Shown here in pieces: positions 14,337 through 27,336 of a stretch of DNA of 62,096 bases. The DNA is from Octopus bimaculoides. Its lineage: Eukaryota. Each line of letters begins with the position of its first letter. Position 1 is the stretch's first letter. The notes beneath the pieces were generated by a model. That model was given only the letters and a program-made list of their open reading frames with translations, had not been told where the DNA came from and searched no databases. The stretch covers positions 4,696,064 through 4,758,159 of the forward strand of contig NC_068989.1 of NCBI RefSeq assembly GCF_001194135.2. Direction: 5' to 3'. The translations under genes were made by a program, and so were the position numbers.

Positions 14337-15746
14337 ACTCACATTTTTATGTTTGCACAATTTACAATCTCAAACTCACTTATGTGTGGTATATACACTC
14401 ATCCCTCCCCCTCTCTCCCTCGTTTGTTATGGTGTAAAAACATTTTTTAATCTTTTTTGTTATATTTTAAGTTTATCCTTTTAGGTGAGTGTATGTGCAG
14501 ATGAATGCATTTTCGTATTATTATTATTATTATTGGAAATATTTGAAAAAGATAAAAAGAACGGTGTATAATAACGTCTAAGTAGATCATTAATGGCATT
14601 TAGAATCATTACCACCATCATAGTTGTCATTCTTGACTTCTGGCAATGGTATAGCACAGACATCGTCATCATCCTCATCAGCATCACCATTTATTTATTT
14701 ATTCTTTTTATTGCTATTTCATCTATCATTTTCATCATCTCATCCAACTGAGCGAATCTCTATTAGGAACTTTTTAACATTGTATCTTCGTCGTCGACTT
14801 CGCAGTTGTCTTCATAATCGCCATCATAAATTCTTTTGGTCTGTAAGAGTACTGTCATAATTATGCTGCCAGTTCTTCCATCTATTATTTATCACCATAA
14901 TCATTTTCGTAGACCTGACCAGAAGAACCTATAACTATTAGTGCTATTTACCAATTTCGTCATCGTCGTCCTGAGCGATATTTGAAGATGCATTATTGCC
15001 AATAATCATTATTCTCATTATCAACTTCGTTCTAATCGCTGTCGTCGTCATCATATGCATTGTTGGCAGAAGCAGTTCGTATCTCACAATTAGCGATACC
15101 ATCATCAACATTATCATAAATTTTGGCAATGAAATTGGTATGACAAAGGAAGAATTCAAAGCGCTGTTATTTAGGAAAATCACCTGCTCTCTCTGTCTCT
15201 CTGTCTCTGTCTCTCTTCCTTATTTTATACTGCTATCGTCTCTCCAATTTTCTCCTACCATGATAGGAGACGCTTGCTCAAGGTGCCTCGTAGTGGGATC
15301 TGATACGAAGTCTCAACTGATTGATGATGCCTGTCCCACTATATCAACGACAAAGTTCTGTTATAAATTAAAATCAATAACTCATTTATTTAGAACCATA
15401 TCACATATTTGTTATTCCTATGGTAATGGTGTGCGTTGGACTGATGCCGGTAATTTTTAGCTAAGTGTTAGTAACTTGGTTAGTAACAATAACTATGTGG
15501 CTAGACTCACTGGAAGCAATCTTTTCTTTTTTTTTTAATATTTCTAAATTAAGTTTTTCACATGATGACGGTGATGGTGGTGATAATAAAGTTGCTGGTG
15601 ATTATATTTATGGTGATGAAGTGTCTGTGGAATAATCTGCTTAGCTGTACGATTTAAATGAGTTAGAAGATCCTTCGATTGAACAGCTAGAATACTCATC
15701 GTCAAAACCGACGGAAGATCCATTTAGTTTAATCTCTTCCTTTCAG

Positions 15747-15795
15747 TGAGGGTACACACACGGTCACAAATTTGAAAACAATCCAAGCAGTCGAA
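15747..15795 (+). other. Candidate 49-nt exon (one open frame, EGTHTVTNLKTIQAVE), unverified
   Basis: A polypyrimidine acceptor (tttaatctcttcctttcag|) and a donor (GAA|gtaagg) flank it, and only one frame is open. I recognise no homology. Confidence 0.2.
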
Positions 15796-16114
15796 GTAAG
15801 GGAGAGATACAGCACGATTTCAGATTTGAAAATGGTGGGAGTGCCTGCCTGCATGCGCAATTAGGGGTCATTAGAAATATGTTAAACTAATCAAAGACAT
15901 GTGTTGTTTATTTCCTTTGTGTTTTCTTGTTGTTGTTTTTGTTGCTATGACTGCTGATACTACTGCCATCGTTATCTCAATATCTTCATCTGTTACACGC
16001 TTAAACAAGTTTTTTTTTTGCCTTTTTAAAAAATATTTTCCAGTGTTCTTTTTTAAAATCTTCTCTGCCCTATCAGATTAGGTGATTTAATTTAAAGTTC
16101 CTGTTGTATGTATG

Positions 16115-16145
<31 letters not shown>

Positions 16146-18121
16146 TATAAAACTCTAACATATTTTCCATTTTTTCCTTTTGTGTGCGTGTGTGTCTTTG
16201 CAGATTAAAAAAAAATTGCTGTTAAAACAATCACAAATGAATGCGAACAAATGCACAATTGATCTTTTTTTGCTGTGTGCGTGTACGCGTGCATGCATGT
16301 ATAATTTATGTGTTTGTCCGATTTCATTCAGTTGCCATGTGAAGTTGGATCAGACGGTAGTTAACCGACTTAGATTAGATACTTCAGTCTGAGAAACGAG
16401 TTTGTGTGTGGCGTGTGGTCCCTGGGGTAACTTACTTTGAAGAATTGAGGGGTAGCGTTAAAAAGTGTCTGCTTTAAGGTCTAGTCACGTTTGTGATTGG
16501 TAAGATTTGATACCGTTGATGTCAGGTTGAACATATGTAAAGTAAACGTCCTGCAGGAAGAACGTGGGAGAGAAAGGAATTCTAGCGGGTTGATCTTCTG
16601 ATATGGAAGGATTGGTCAAAGTGGTTGGTCTGGATCCTGGGAGGGGAGAGGTAAGTGACAAGTGGGGTGAGGTGGCCGTGTTGCGCAACGAATCATCTCT
16701 AAGGATTGGAGGCCGTTATAGTAGTGATGAACATTTTTGGTTCGGGAGTCATTTTTTTTTTTGAGGAGTTAGTGAGTGAGCTAACTTTTAAACTATTCTC
16801 TCTTATTTTAAAACGTCTTTCTTGTTTCTCCCTATCAACATTAACATGCTCCACATTCTCATTTCTTTATTTCATTCCTTATTGCTCTCTGCACACTCCC
16901 TCTCTCCCCTTTGATCTTTCTCTCTTTTTCTCTCGCTTCCTCTGTCACTGTCTTTCTCTTTATGTCTCTCTTTCTCTCTCTCGGGGTTTCTACTTTTTCT
17001 TTTACTCCGTCTTTCTTCTTCTGCCTCATTCTTATCGTCTTCTTCTTGTTTTCTCTCACATTCTTTCTGTTTCTCTCCCTCTCACCTCTCTCTACCTCTC
17101 TCATCCACTCCTTCTCTTCACAACGAAAACAACACACGCTCAATCTGTGGCCAGTTCAGTCTCATTCGATATCGATTTTATATCAGAAATTTACCTTATC
17201 TGATGAATAAATATGGGAAACCTTTGTTCCCTCTCCTCGTCTTTTCCTCTCTCTCACTATTTCTCCCTGTCTTTTTCCTGGTCGTCGACATCATGGTTTC
17301 CGCCAGTATTTCTTCTACTACACCTGTCTCTTCTCCTTCTCCCCATCGAAAGATCTCGAACTTAAAGAGCGACCTCGGTCAGAGAAATCAATGAAGTTTT
17401 TAAGTCGATGAATTTGTTCGCGGTCAGGCTGCTGGTCGTTGACCTTCACCTCGCGTGTCATTCTGACTCTCCTATCCTTTCTACCCCATCACCACTCATG
17501 GCTATTCACAATTACTCTACGATCTAATCTGTTGGTGTAAATAATCGGTGCATGTCAGAGTCGTTAGTCTCGGACAAAATGTCTGCAATATAAATATCGT
17601 TAGAGCCCTTTACAGTTTCAGCTCAAATCTGGGGTAAATTTGCCTTGCGAATCGACAAAATAACGTGCCAGTTAAATAGGAGGAGGGGTAATATTCCCTA
17701 AAAAGCATCCTAGATGTGAAAAGAAGACTAAATGTAGAAGACTATAAGCCCAGTTCGCTCTCAACTCGTTGACCTGTATGTAGATGTTTAGGTATCGATC
17801 GCAGTAGATCCCACAGGCTGTGAGGGGAGGGCTTGAAAGCTGTTCTAGATACTGTCCTTCCCTCTCCTCTGACTCACTTACAGACATTAAAAAATATTTG
17901 AATCTTTTGCATAATGCCCGCGGTGTTGTTTAACTCTAGCCCTGATCCAGTAGATCTGAGGTCAGACATTTCATCCATAAACATTAATTTTTTTCCAAGT
18001 CAGCAGGGTGTAATTTGAGAGAGATTTGACTGCTATTTCTAGCTAGTCGAGTGATTGTGGTAAAAGTATTAATGAATGTTGTCACAGTGTGTGTGAGTGA
18101 CTTTTTTTTTATAACAGTGAA

Positions 18122-18433
18122 GGCGCCTGGTCAGAGGTATTCGGCGTAAGTTCGATTCTCAGCGTCGCGTTGTGTCCTTGAGCAAGACACTTTATTTCAT
18201 GTTATTCCAGTCCACTCAGCTGGCAAAAATGTGTAATACCTGCATTTCAAAGGGTATGCCTTATCACATTCTATGTCACACTGAATCTCCCTGAATCTTC
18301 TGCGTGTCTGTGGAGTGCTCAGCCACTTGCACGTTGATTTCACGAGCAGGCTGTTCCGTTGGTCGCATCAGCTGGAACACTGGTCATATTATAAAGATGA
18401 CCGACACTCGTCGTCGTAACCGACGGAGTGCCA
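18122..18433 (+). mobile_element. tRNA-derived SINE family A
   Basis: Partly deleted head, then gtgtccttgagcaagacactttatttca core and a ctcgtcgtcgtaaccgacggagtgcc tail. Colinear with 18928-19228. Confidence 0.85.
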
Positions 18434-18927
18434 GTCATATTTATAACACAACTAAACTTTAACGAGAGAGCTCGTGACGGTTATGTAAGCTCCGAAAAGA
18501 TTCTATGATCCAAAATAGCAATATTCTAGTTTCCGATCACGTAGTCTCATTAACTCGTGGCTTTAAATACAATCGATCTCGGCAGCAATAATATACATTT
18601 TGGAAAATAAATGAAAGAAAAAATAAAATGATGTTAAATGAGATAAATGCTATTAATATTTCAACTCGTTTATATTTATAGTTGCTGAGTAGCACTTGTA
18701 TAATATTTTACGCCAGCTAATTTATCAGGATATTGTTACACATCTTCGTCAACGTTGTCATTGTCATTTTTGGTCTGATATTCCAAACGGGCATGGATTG
18801 GACAGGTTTTCTGATGTAGTGTTTTACGAACTGATATGTATGTATTCTCATGCAATATAGTTGCATATCTAGACATTCTCATCTATGTATACGTGTGTGT
18901 GTGTGTGTGCGTATGTATGTATGTGAA

Positions 18928-19228
18928 GGCGCGTGGCTTAGTGGTTAGGGCATTCGGCTCACGATCGTAAGATCGTGAGTTCAATTCTCAGCAACGCGTT
19001 GAGTCCTTGAGCAAGACACTTTATTTCACGTAGCTTCAGTACACTCAGCTGGCAAAAATGAATAATAGCTGCATTTCAAAAGGCCAGCCTTGTCACACTC
19101 TGTGCCACGCTGAATCTCCCCGAGAACTACGATAAGGGTACACGTGTCTGTGGAGTGCTCAGCCACTTGCACGTTAATTTCACGAGCAAGCTGTTCCGTA
19201 TCTGCTGGGACCCTCGTCGTCGTAACCG
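18928..19228 (+). mobile_element. tRNA-derived SINE family A, near full length
   Basis: Pol III A-box-like gtggcttagtgg and B-box-like gagttcaattct, followed by gtccttgagcaagacactt core and a gtcgtcgtaacc tail. Confidence 0.88.
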
Positions 19229-19469
19229 GCTTTCTACAAATTATTCTAATTTCGAAGACTATTGTTTACAATAAAATTGTGTTTTGCCATGATTTTGTTT
19301 TTACCATTTTGCAGAGTTGTAAAAATATAATTAAGTCTTAAATAAATAAAATTTGCTGCCAGATATTTAAACTCTAATGAAAAGAAGTAAATATAAAAAT
19401 TAAGAAACTTTATCAGTTTTCAATAATCACCATCATGGTTTTACTGTAGGTTGTTCACCCTATTGGTGA

Positions 19470-19740
19470 TGTGATACGACTTATCTCAATGATTCATAAT
19501 TTTGCTAGTGAGACCCAACATTCTTAAACCTGATCATACAGTCTCTTTCCACATCTACCACATGTTACTTTGCATCATAAACTCACTATGATTCTTCAAT
19601 CAGCACATAACTTTCATTTATTTTTATACTACATGTTCATATCAGCATGACTGTCTCTGTATCCATCCATACTAGCTGATATCTCTTGACACTTAGCAGT
19701 TTCCTCCAAGTGCCATGCACCCTTCTTTCTCGTGTAATGG
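19470..19740 (-). mobile_element. Decayed RTE-LINE 3' fragment
   Basis: The minus strand reads gtggtagatgtggaaagagactgtatgatcaggtttaagaatgttgggtctcactag, resembling the end of an RTE ORF and 3' UTR. It is heavily mutated. Confidence 0.5.
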
Positions 19741-19795
19741 TAAAGATAACCTATGTGCATATTTTTTAGTAATTATCACTGATAATATAACAGAA

Positions 19796-19864
<69 letters not shown>

Positions 19865-20189
19865 CTATCTAAGAATGCTTATCTATGTGCCACTAGTCTG
19901 CCAAATGAAAGTCTATAAATGCAACATCAAATTAGATTACAGCAGTTGGTCTTCCTCAAATCTCACCATGCCATCTTTAACAAAAAGGATGGGGAGGTAT
20001 TGGCTAATATACTCTTGGATACCATTAACACCATCATTACCAACATTTTATATCAGTTTCATGGAAAAGGTCAAATAAGGGCTGTCTCCAGTAAAGTGCA
20101 GTTCTCCAGACAGGGTTTTCTTCTGTACAGGATTTTCCAGCACAATTGTTTCACCACTTGTTACAGTCCTTTGCCATCTCTTTCATGGG

Positions 20190-20835
20190 ATCCAGCTTTC
20201 TAAGATTCTTTCATCCCTTATTTTCATTTTTTCCTTAGTCTTCTGCTTTCACAGTTTTGTTCCTGTTGAGTCACTTAGCACATCTTTACTCAAATGTCAT
20301 CCTTCATATGTATCTCATTCGAACTAGCTCAGTTTCTTTGTACCATGCTACACTTGATTTTCTCTTATGCCTAGTTTTTCTTTCATCTCATTTGTTCTCT
20401 AATTTTCTTAGATCCAATGGTGCATGCTCACCTCATAGTCATTGCATCTATTTTGCTTCTGTGCAACATGAAACTTCACATATGAGCATCATACACTGTA
20501 CCTTTCACTTGAAGAGAGAATCCATTTGTTGCTAGCAGATGTAATAGCTCTGAAGTTTTTTCTACTTTGTTCTTACTCTGACTAATATGCTTTCAGAGCA
20601 TCTTCCTCTACTGTTAATAAAGTTACCTTGGTAATAGAAGCTATCGATTACTTCTAGGGAGTCTTCCAAGTATTCTAAAGAATTTATTTCATAGCTTCTC
20701 TTACTGTTAGAAATTCTGCACACTTACAACATGAAAAGTCCCCTTCTTGCATCTCTTTTGCACTTATAATTCACATTCGGTCCACCATATGAAATTCTCA
20801 CCTCCTTCTGTATACACTTGAATAATCTTGACCAC
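20190..20835 (-). mobile_element. Decayed RTE-LINE fragment, same family as 61751-62096
   Basis: The reverse complement of 20490-20660 (agtaatcgatagcttctattacc...gctagcaacaaatggattctctcttcaagtgaaaggtacagtgtatgatgc) aligns by eye to gtagtcgatagcttccgctat...gctggcgacaaagggactctcactcagagtaaaaggcagactgtatgacgc at the window end. It carries stops and frameshifts. Confidence 0.8.
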
Positions 20836-21696
20836 TCATGGCCTTACACAGATTTGTGTAGAGGTAGATGTCCTGGGGGTAAGATTAATAGCAGTGCACA
20901 AGTCATGGCAAGGACTAGATTTGGAACATTGAGTCCAACACCAACCTTGCTGTTCCCCATTTCATATAGACATGTTCTATGTGGATAGCTCCACATTGTT
21001 TCAGTTCACATAACTGTTAGGCATATGTACCAGCTAACTTCTGAATGTTAAATGTAAAAATAGAATTGGCTTCCTATCTTGGGATCTGTGTCATGTATGT
21101 GTTATGCACATAATACTTTGAGTCCAGGACTGAACTTAAAATATTTGTAATTATGTAATCTAAGAAATATTTTTGTTGGGTAGCTTTTGACACTTTTTAT
21201 CCAAAATGGGTTTTTAACCTAATACATGCTATTTATAGCTTTATCTTCTTTGAGTTCTGTTGTCTAAAAAAAAAAAAGTTATTTTCCATCTCTCAAAAGT
21301 TCAAAATTCTTTTGATATAAACTGTTTTGTAGTTGAACTGAACCTGGGAGCTGGTTTTAACTGCAAGTCAATGTCAATTCAGTTTATTTCCATCTCTAAA
21401 GCATGACCACCACACAATCCCATCTCATTCCTAGCCCTAACATAAAAAAGACAATCAATGACTTGTGCGTGTTAGAAACTATTGGTAGTTTTGCTTGCCT
21501 GAAGGTTAAGAGCATAGGAATACACCTTTTTCCTTTAATGTGGACTGGTGTCATATTTGCTGGAGACTCTTAATGTTCTGACATTCAAACTTTTCCTCAA
21601 GGACATTGGTTATACAAGTGCAATGAAAGTGCAACCATTACCTTCCATTCTTTCTTCTCACATGTGAATAGTCATGCTTTGATGTTGTGGAGTAAC

Positions 21697-21742
<46 letters not shown>

Positions 21743-22854
21743 TGTGTACATGTGTTTTTTTTTTTTTTTTTTTGTGGAGAAATGTATTTTGTTGTAAGCA
21801 TCAAGTCAGCTTTGATTGAGCAGAATTCAGATCAAAGATGTCCCATCCATGAGTACCACAGGGTATTTTATCCATTCATCCATAGTGTATCCAGGAAAAC
21901 ATTATGCTTATACAGTGTGTCCTTCCTTTTTAAGATAGAAGTGTGTAATTTTTTTTGGGGGGTGGGGGGGTAGCAGCTCAGGCGACCATATAGAAGCTCC
22001 CTTGTTGTGTCATGTTTTTTTTCTTTGTTGATTGCCATAGCAACAAAGGAACTGGCTCCTAGCTGATGGAACTACTCCATGCATATGTGGTGGTGGCGGC
22101 AACAGTGGTGTGTGTGATGAAACTGAGAGATAATTAGGAGAAACTGAGAGATAATGAGGCTGACGATCATCTTAAAGCAAGAAGCTGGTGGTGATGGTGA
22201 TGGTGTGGAGCCCAGGTTCATCGTATTTATCTAACACCTAAAGTAATGGCTTATTCATACCACCACCATCACCACCATTTACAACTGTTTATTTTCTCAT
22301 AGCTATAGTAGTAGTAGTAGTAGTAGCATTTATAATTGTAGTTGTTGTTGTTGATCCAGTTTACTGTAATGAAGGTTGTAGGCACTAAAGGACTTTTAGC
22401 AGTAAATAAATAAAAGTCATCACCATCACCATCACCATCACCACAACCACTCCATACCTTCCATCTATCTTTCGTTATCCACCTCTCCTCCTCTCCTCCA
22501 TATCCTGAAATAGGAGAGGCAAAGAGACCAAATTCACCATAGCAAAAGGCAGTGGGAGTGGAATTCTGTACCCCATTGCTTCTCAGATTAGTTCCTCTCT
22601 CACTCTCTTACCCATTTCTCTCTCTCTCTCACTCTTCTCTCTTTTTCCTTTCTTGCCATTCTACCTTTTCTTCTTTCCTAGCTTCCTTCAGACTTGCCTC
22701 CAAGACATATTTCTGATTAATAGATCCTTTACTTTGGTACTAAGTAATGTGGTAGTGTACTTTCCTGGTATAAACATGTACACACATACACACACACACA
22801 CACACACAGACATGCATTCATGCTTGTACGTACAGACACACACACCTCCATACA

Positions 22855-22892
<38 letters not shown>

Positions 22893-23124
22893 CATGTGCA
22901 CTTACACTCATGCACTCATTCACATCTATAAGCAAATACCCATCTTATACATACAAACATAAATATTCTCATTCATTGAACCAAACCATGCACTTGCATT
23001 TACATATAGACTTAGACACACACACACACACACACCATACATGTGATAAGCAGCCTCTTATATAACTGCTTGACCTGCTGGAAATAGCTACCAAATTTCC
23101 GTCAAATCACCCCTACCATTTAAA

Positions 23125-23392
23125 CAGTGGTTTCGTAAGTGGGCAGTACTGCCCTCTTGCAGGCAGTGGAAAGATCCAGGGGACATTGAAAAAAAGTGGG
23201 ATGATGATGGGGTGGCCAAAATGGGGTGATAGATGTAAAAAAAAAATGTTAATAGGTTAATTAGGTTTAAGTTTTATTTGTAAAATACAGTTATAAGTGG
23301 TCTATAGTTGTGGTGGGGAGGGTGAGGAGGGCACTAGGATTGTGGCCTGGGTGCCAAGGGGATGGCAGCCTGAAAAAGTTTGGGAACTACTG
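23125..23392. mobile_element. hAT/Charlie-type MITE
   Basis: Ends CAGTGGTTTCGTAAG and GTTTGGGAACTACTG. It is an inverted homologue of 12963-13222. Confidence 0.65.
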
Positions 23393-24821
23393 ACTTAAAG
23401 GGATAGAAGGTTATGTTGAGTAAAGTGGTCCTCAAACATTTTACTTGAATTAAGACAAGATCAAAGCAGGATGGTCTTGATTGGAACACATTTTAATCAT
23501 AGGTCTGTTTGATCAAAGGTAACTTGTGACTAAAAAAACATCACATTTACATCCTCTCTTCCTTACATACATAAACAACAACATATTTAAGGTTTTATAT
23601 ACAATTATTTTCTCTTTCTCTTTCTCAGGCACATACCCAACTCACACAAAATATATATCATTTTACAGCAATCTTGTATATGCACAAGATTTTATTCTCT
23701 TTCACTGTTGTTTAGCCCTAGGTCAAACTTGATCAAGCATACATAATCAAAAATATTCCAGCTCTGACGATTGTCTTTCTTTGTGTGTGCAGAGAACCTA
23801 AGCTCACATTATCCAATGTGTTCTTTTATACAATGGTAAAGTCTAATTTAAAGGAGAAGTAAGTGTTATTTCTAGCTGGCTGAAGTACCATGTAGGGGCT
23901 CCTTTGTTGGCTCCGACAAGTTGAGTATTGGGTCTAAATGGTGTGATGAGAGTAATGGTATGACATGTATGCAGAAGTAATGATAGGGCTAGTGTTGCAT
24001 CATAAGCGATAATAATGATTATGGTAGATCAGTTTCATACCTGACTGTCTCTCTTGGCCTCATTAAGTCTCTTTCATATTTGTGTGTGTGTGTGTGTGTG
24101 CGTGTGTGTGTGTGTGTGCGTGTGTGTGTGTGTGTGTGTAGATAGATGGATGGATAGTTGATTTAGACAATTTTCAGACAACATGTTCTCTGGTATTTGG
24201 TTACATCAACCTTTTGCATTCTGAATCTACTGCTTTTCTTCTTTCCAAGGTCAATAAAATAAGCAGGGTCAATGAAATTGACTATTCTTTGAAATTGGTA
24301 TCCCAACAAGGCTGCCATGCTGAATAAAATTCAGTGTGTGTGTGTGTGTGTTATCTCAAATTACATGTAATATATATATATATATATATTACACACACAC
24401 ACACACATATATAGGCATTATTATTTTACCTTTTCCTTCCTCTTCTCTTGATTTCCTGACACCTTTTCTTTTCCTTTTTTTTTCTCTTTACTATATTTAG
24501 ATAGAGGTTTCAATACCTCTTCCCCTGTCTCTCATTTATAGATTATTTCTAATTCTTGCCAAATCATCTTCAGATTATGTTCCTGGTATATAACAACGTA
24601 ATATTTTACTCTTCTTGTAATTATCTTATTTTTATTCATCTTCTTTTCTTTCTGTTTCCTTTATTTCTTTTTGTTTGTTCTTTTCTTTATCGTTTTCTTT
24701 GTTAGCTTCTTCAACCTTCTTTTCCTCCTATATTTATGCACATACACACATGTTTGTGTATTATATACATACACACACGCACATGTATATAATACATGTG
24801 TGTGTGTGTGTGTGGTTTCAG

Positions 24822-24925
24822 GTTCCTCCAAATTGGACCACACCTCATCCCCTACTATCAGTTTCTCCTCTGAAGTAAAACAGTACTGTAAAGTGGCTCC
24901 CCAAGTACTTTACCATTCGAAGTAC
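24822..24925 (+). other. Candidate 104-nt exon (open frame SSKLDHTSSPTISFSSEVKQYCKVAPQVLYHSKY), unverified
   Basis: Acceptor ggtttcag| and donor TAC|gtgagt flank non-repetitive sequence. Only one of three frames is open. I do not recognise the product. Confidence 0.3.
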
Positions 24926-25574
24926 GTGAGTGCATTATTTCCTAATGTGGCCGGCCCTATTGTATGTCTGTGCACCTCTTGGTATCTCCTCCCTTTACTT
25001 CTTGACTGATGTAGTGTATTTGGAGCAATATACTTAATTCTACACACTCTAATTCACTTGGCTCTCTGAAATAGGTACCAGACAATCTAGCAATGTTTTC
25101 TGAGGAAGATGTATCTATTTGCAAGAAATGAAGTGAAGTGATTAAGTATCTATGATATTGAACTGACTGCTATCTCATAGTTTTCAGTTCAAATTGTCAC
25201 AGACATTTTGTTGTATATTCAGGTAGGGCATATAATTTTATGGTCCTCAGTTCACCCACCTGTGTGGAGATAATAACTGGATTATCTGAGAATGGTAACT
25301 ATAATAGTCAAGTGTCCTACCCATGTAATACTATGAAACTGGAGAAAAGCACTGGTCCCTAAATGTCTCCCAACTGTGTTCCTATTTGTAAAATAGCTCC
25401 TTGAATACTTTACCATTCCAAGTACTCATCATCATTTAATGTCAGCATTTCCAAGCTTTTGGTTAGCCTGAAGCTATAATAGAAGATTGTTGCTCAAGGT
25501 GTCATGCAGAAGGATTGAACCTATGACCATATGGTTGGGAAGCAATCTTCTTAACCACTCAGCACCTATTGTAT

Positions 25575-25770
25575 CATCATCATCATCGTTTAACGTCTGC
25601 TTTCCATGCTAGCATGGGTTGGACGATTTGACTGAGGACTGGTGAAACCGGATGGCAACACCAGGCTCCAATCTAATTTGGCAGAGTTTCTACAGCTGGA
25701 TGCCCTTCCTAACGCCAACCACTCAGAGAGTGTAGTGGGTGCTTTTACGTGTCACCCGCATGAAGGCCAG
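25575..25770 (-). mobile_element. RTE-type 3' tail element (family D), relatively young
   Basis: catcatcatcgtttaacgtc ((GAT)n tail on the minus strand), then ttccatgctagcatgggttggacg...ggatgcccttcctaacgccaaccac. CpGs are retained. Confidence 0.8.
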
Positions 25771-25899
25771 TAATCCTATATGAAAAAATGGTTGAGGTTA
25801 TAAAGCCAAAAATGTAATTTACACATAAGTTGAATTTCCAAAAAGTGATGGTTCAGTATTCTAGTTCTCTTCAGATTCCACCTAAGGTGATTGTGTGGT

Positions 25900-25932
<33 letters not shown>

Positions 25933-27252
25933 GACAGCTCAGTCATAGATATGTTTACAGTATTCTAAAGTTAGCTTTAGTTGAGCATTATAAAAGAGGA
26001 ACAACTAGTCAAAGCTGTAACATTTTTTCTTCCCTCAATAAGATTGTGCAGCCTTGCTGGGATCTAGTTGTTCCAGATTGAAGTGTGTCTGCCACCATTT
26101 TCTTTTCTTCCGTATTTATTCTTTACAATGAAGCCCCTTCTCTCCTTGTTACTGTATCTTTTTGTCTCTCCTTTCTTTCTTGTTATCTTCCTGTCAGTTT
26201 CCCACCAAATCTCCTTCCTTGTCTTCATTTACTCTTACTATTGTCTGTCTGTCTGTCTGTCCCCTCCATCATTGTCTGTCTTCCCTCCTCATCTCATTTT
26301 AACCTCAACTTCTGTTGTTCCCGCCCCAAATCAAAATTACTATTTTTTCAGTTACACAAAAGCTGTGTAATTGAATGAATTTTTTTTTTTATTTTTTTAT
26401 TTTTTTATTAAATCCTTCCATAATTTCATTTTGCCATCTTTTCCCCTTTTCTGTCATCTTCATCTCTACTGCTACTGTATTATTATGACCACTGATTCTC
26501 ATCAGTTCAACTAACATCAGTCATTTCCTCCACCCTGCTACTCTACACTTGTCATTTTTTTTTTTTTTTTACCATGCCACCATTTCTACTCCCACACCAG
26601 CATTACTACTGTTAATTACCCTACCACCACACTTACCACTAACTACCACCCCATTACCCATTTTAATAATATTACCACCACCACTTGTGCTCTTCCATCT
26701 ACCTCTTCTCTGCAATCATATTTATTTCCCATTTTTTTTCTTCTTTTCTAACTGAAAGTTAGTTTGATCTGAGAATGAACATTCCAAACAAATCTATTAA
26801 TAAAAACAAAAAAAGTTTAGACATTTTGATGTCAAAGTCCTTTTGATGTAATCTCTCTACCTTTCTCTATTTCACCTCCATCTTATCATTTTCTCTCTCT
26901 CATACATACATTCATATTCTCAATAACATATTTATAATTACTAGCTAGTAGTTACATTTTTCACTATTGCCATCTTTACTGCCATCGCTACTATCATCAT
27001 AATAATTGTCATTACAAGTGTTGCAATTATCTGTTGTCATTGTCATCATCTTTGTTTCTGCCATCATTTTCACCCAAGCAATAAGTTTCTGTGTAGTTTG
27101 TTACATAAGCTGCCTAATGTAGCCATGAATATTTCTCAAGAAAACTCCATTTTTTTTTAAACACGTGGTACATCTGTGTCGTTTACTTGGTTTCTTCAAT
27201 TTAGCAGCCAAATGTTTCTTTAGAAATAAAATTCTCCGTTAATTGTCTTTAA

Positions 27253-27336
27253 CATGTTAACCACCACAGCCTGTCGCTGGCTGTTGCATGAAGCTAAGCA
27301 ATGAATCACCAGGTGATACATGTGGCAGTTAACATG
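27253..27336. mobile_element. piggyBac-type mini-MITE (84 bp)
   Basis: TTAA on both sides (27249-27252 and 27337-27340). The ends CATGTTAACCACCACA and TGTGGCAGTTAACATG are inverted repeats. Confidence 0.65.

Noticed and set aside
14944-15460. Hydrophobic ORFs resembling membrane proteins (also 16706-17203, 26068-26378, 44884-45566)
   Set aside because: The hydrophobicity comes from (CAT/TAT)-like or pyrimidine-rich low-complexity DNA and a SINE fragment, not from real transmembrane coding signal.
18928-19000. tRNA-like sequence (also SINE B and C heads)
   Set aside because: It continues directly into a SINE body that recurs in the window, and I see no clean acceptor stem. It is treated as a SINE head, not a tRNA gene.
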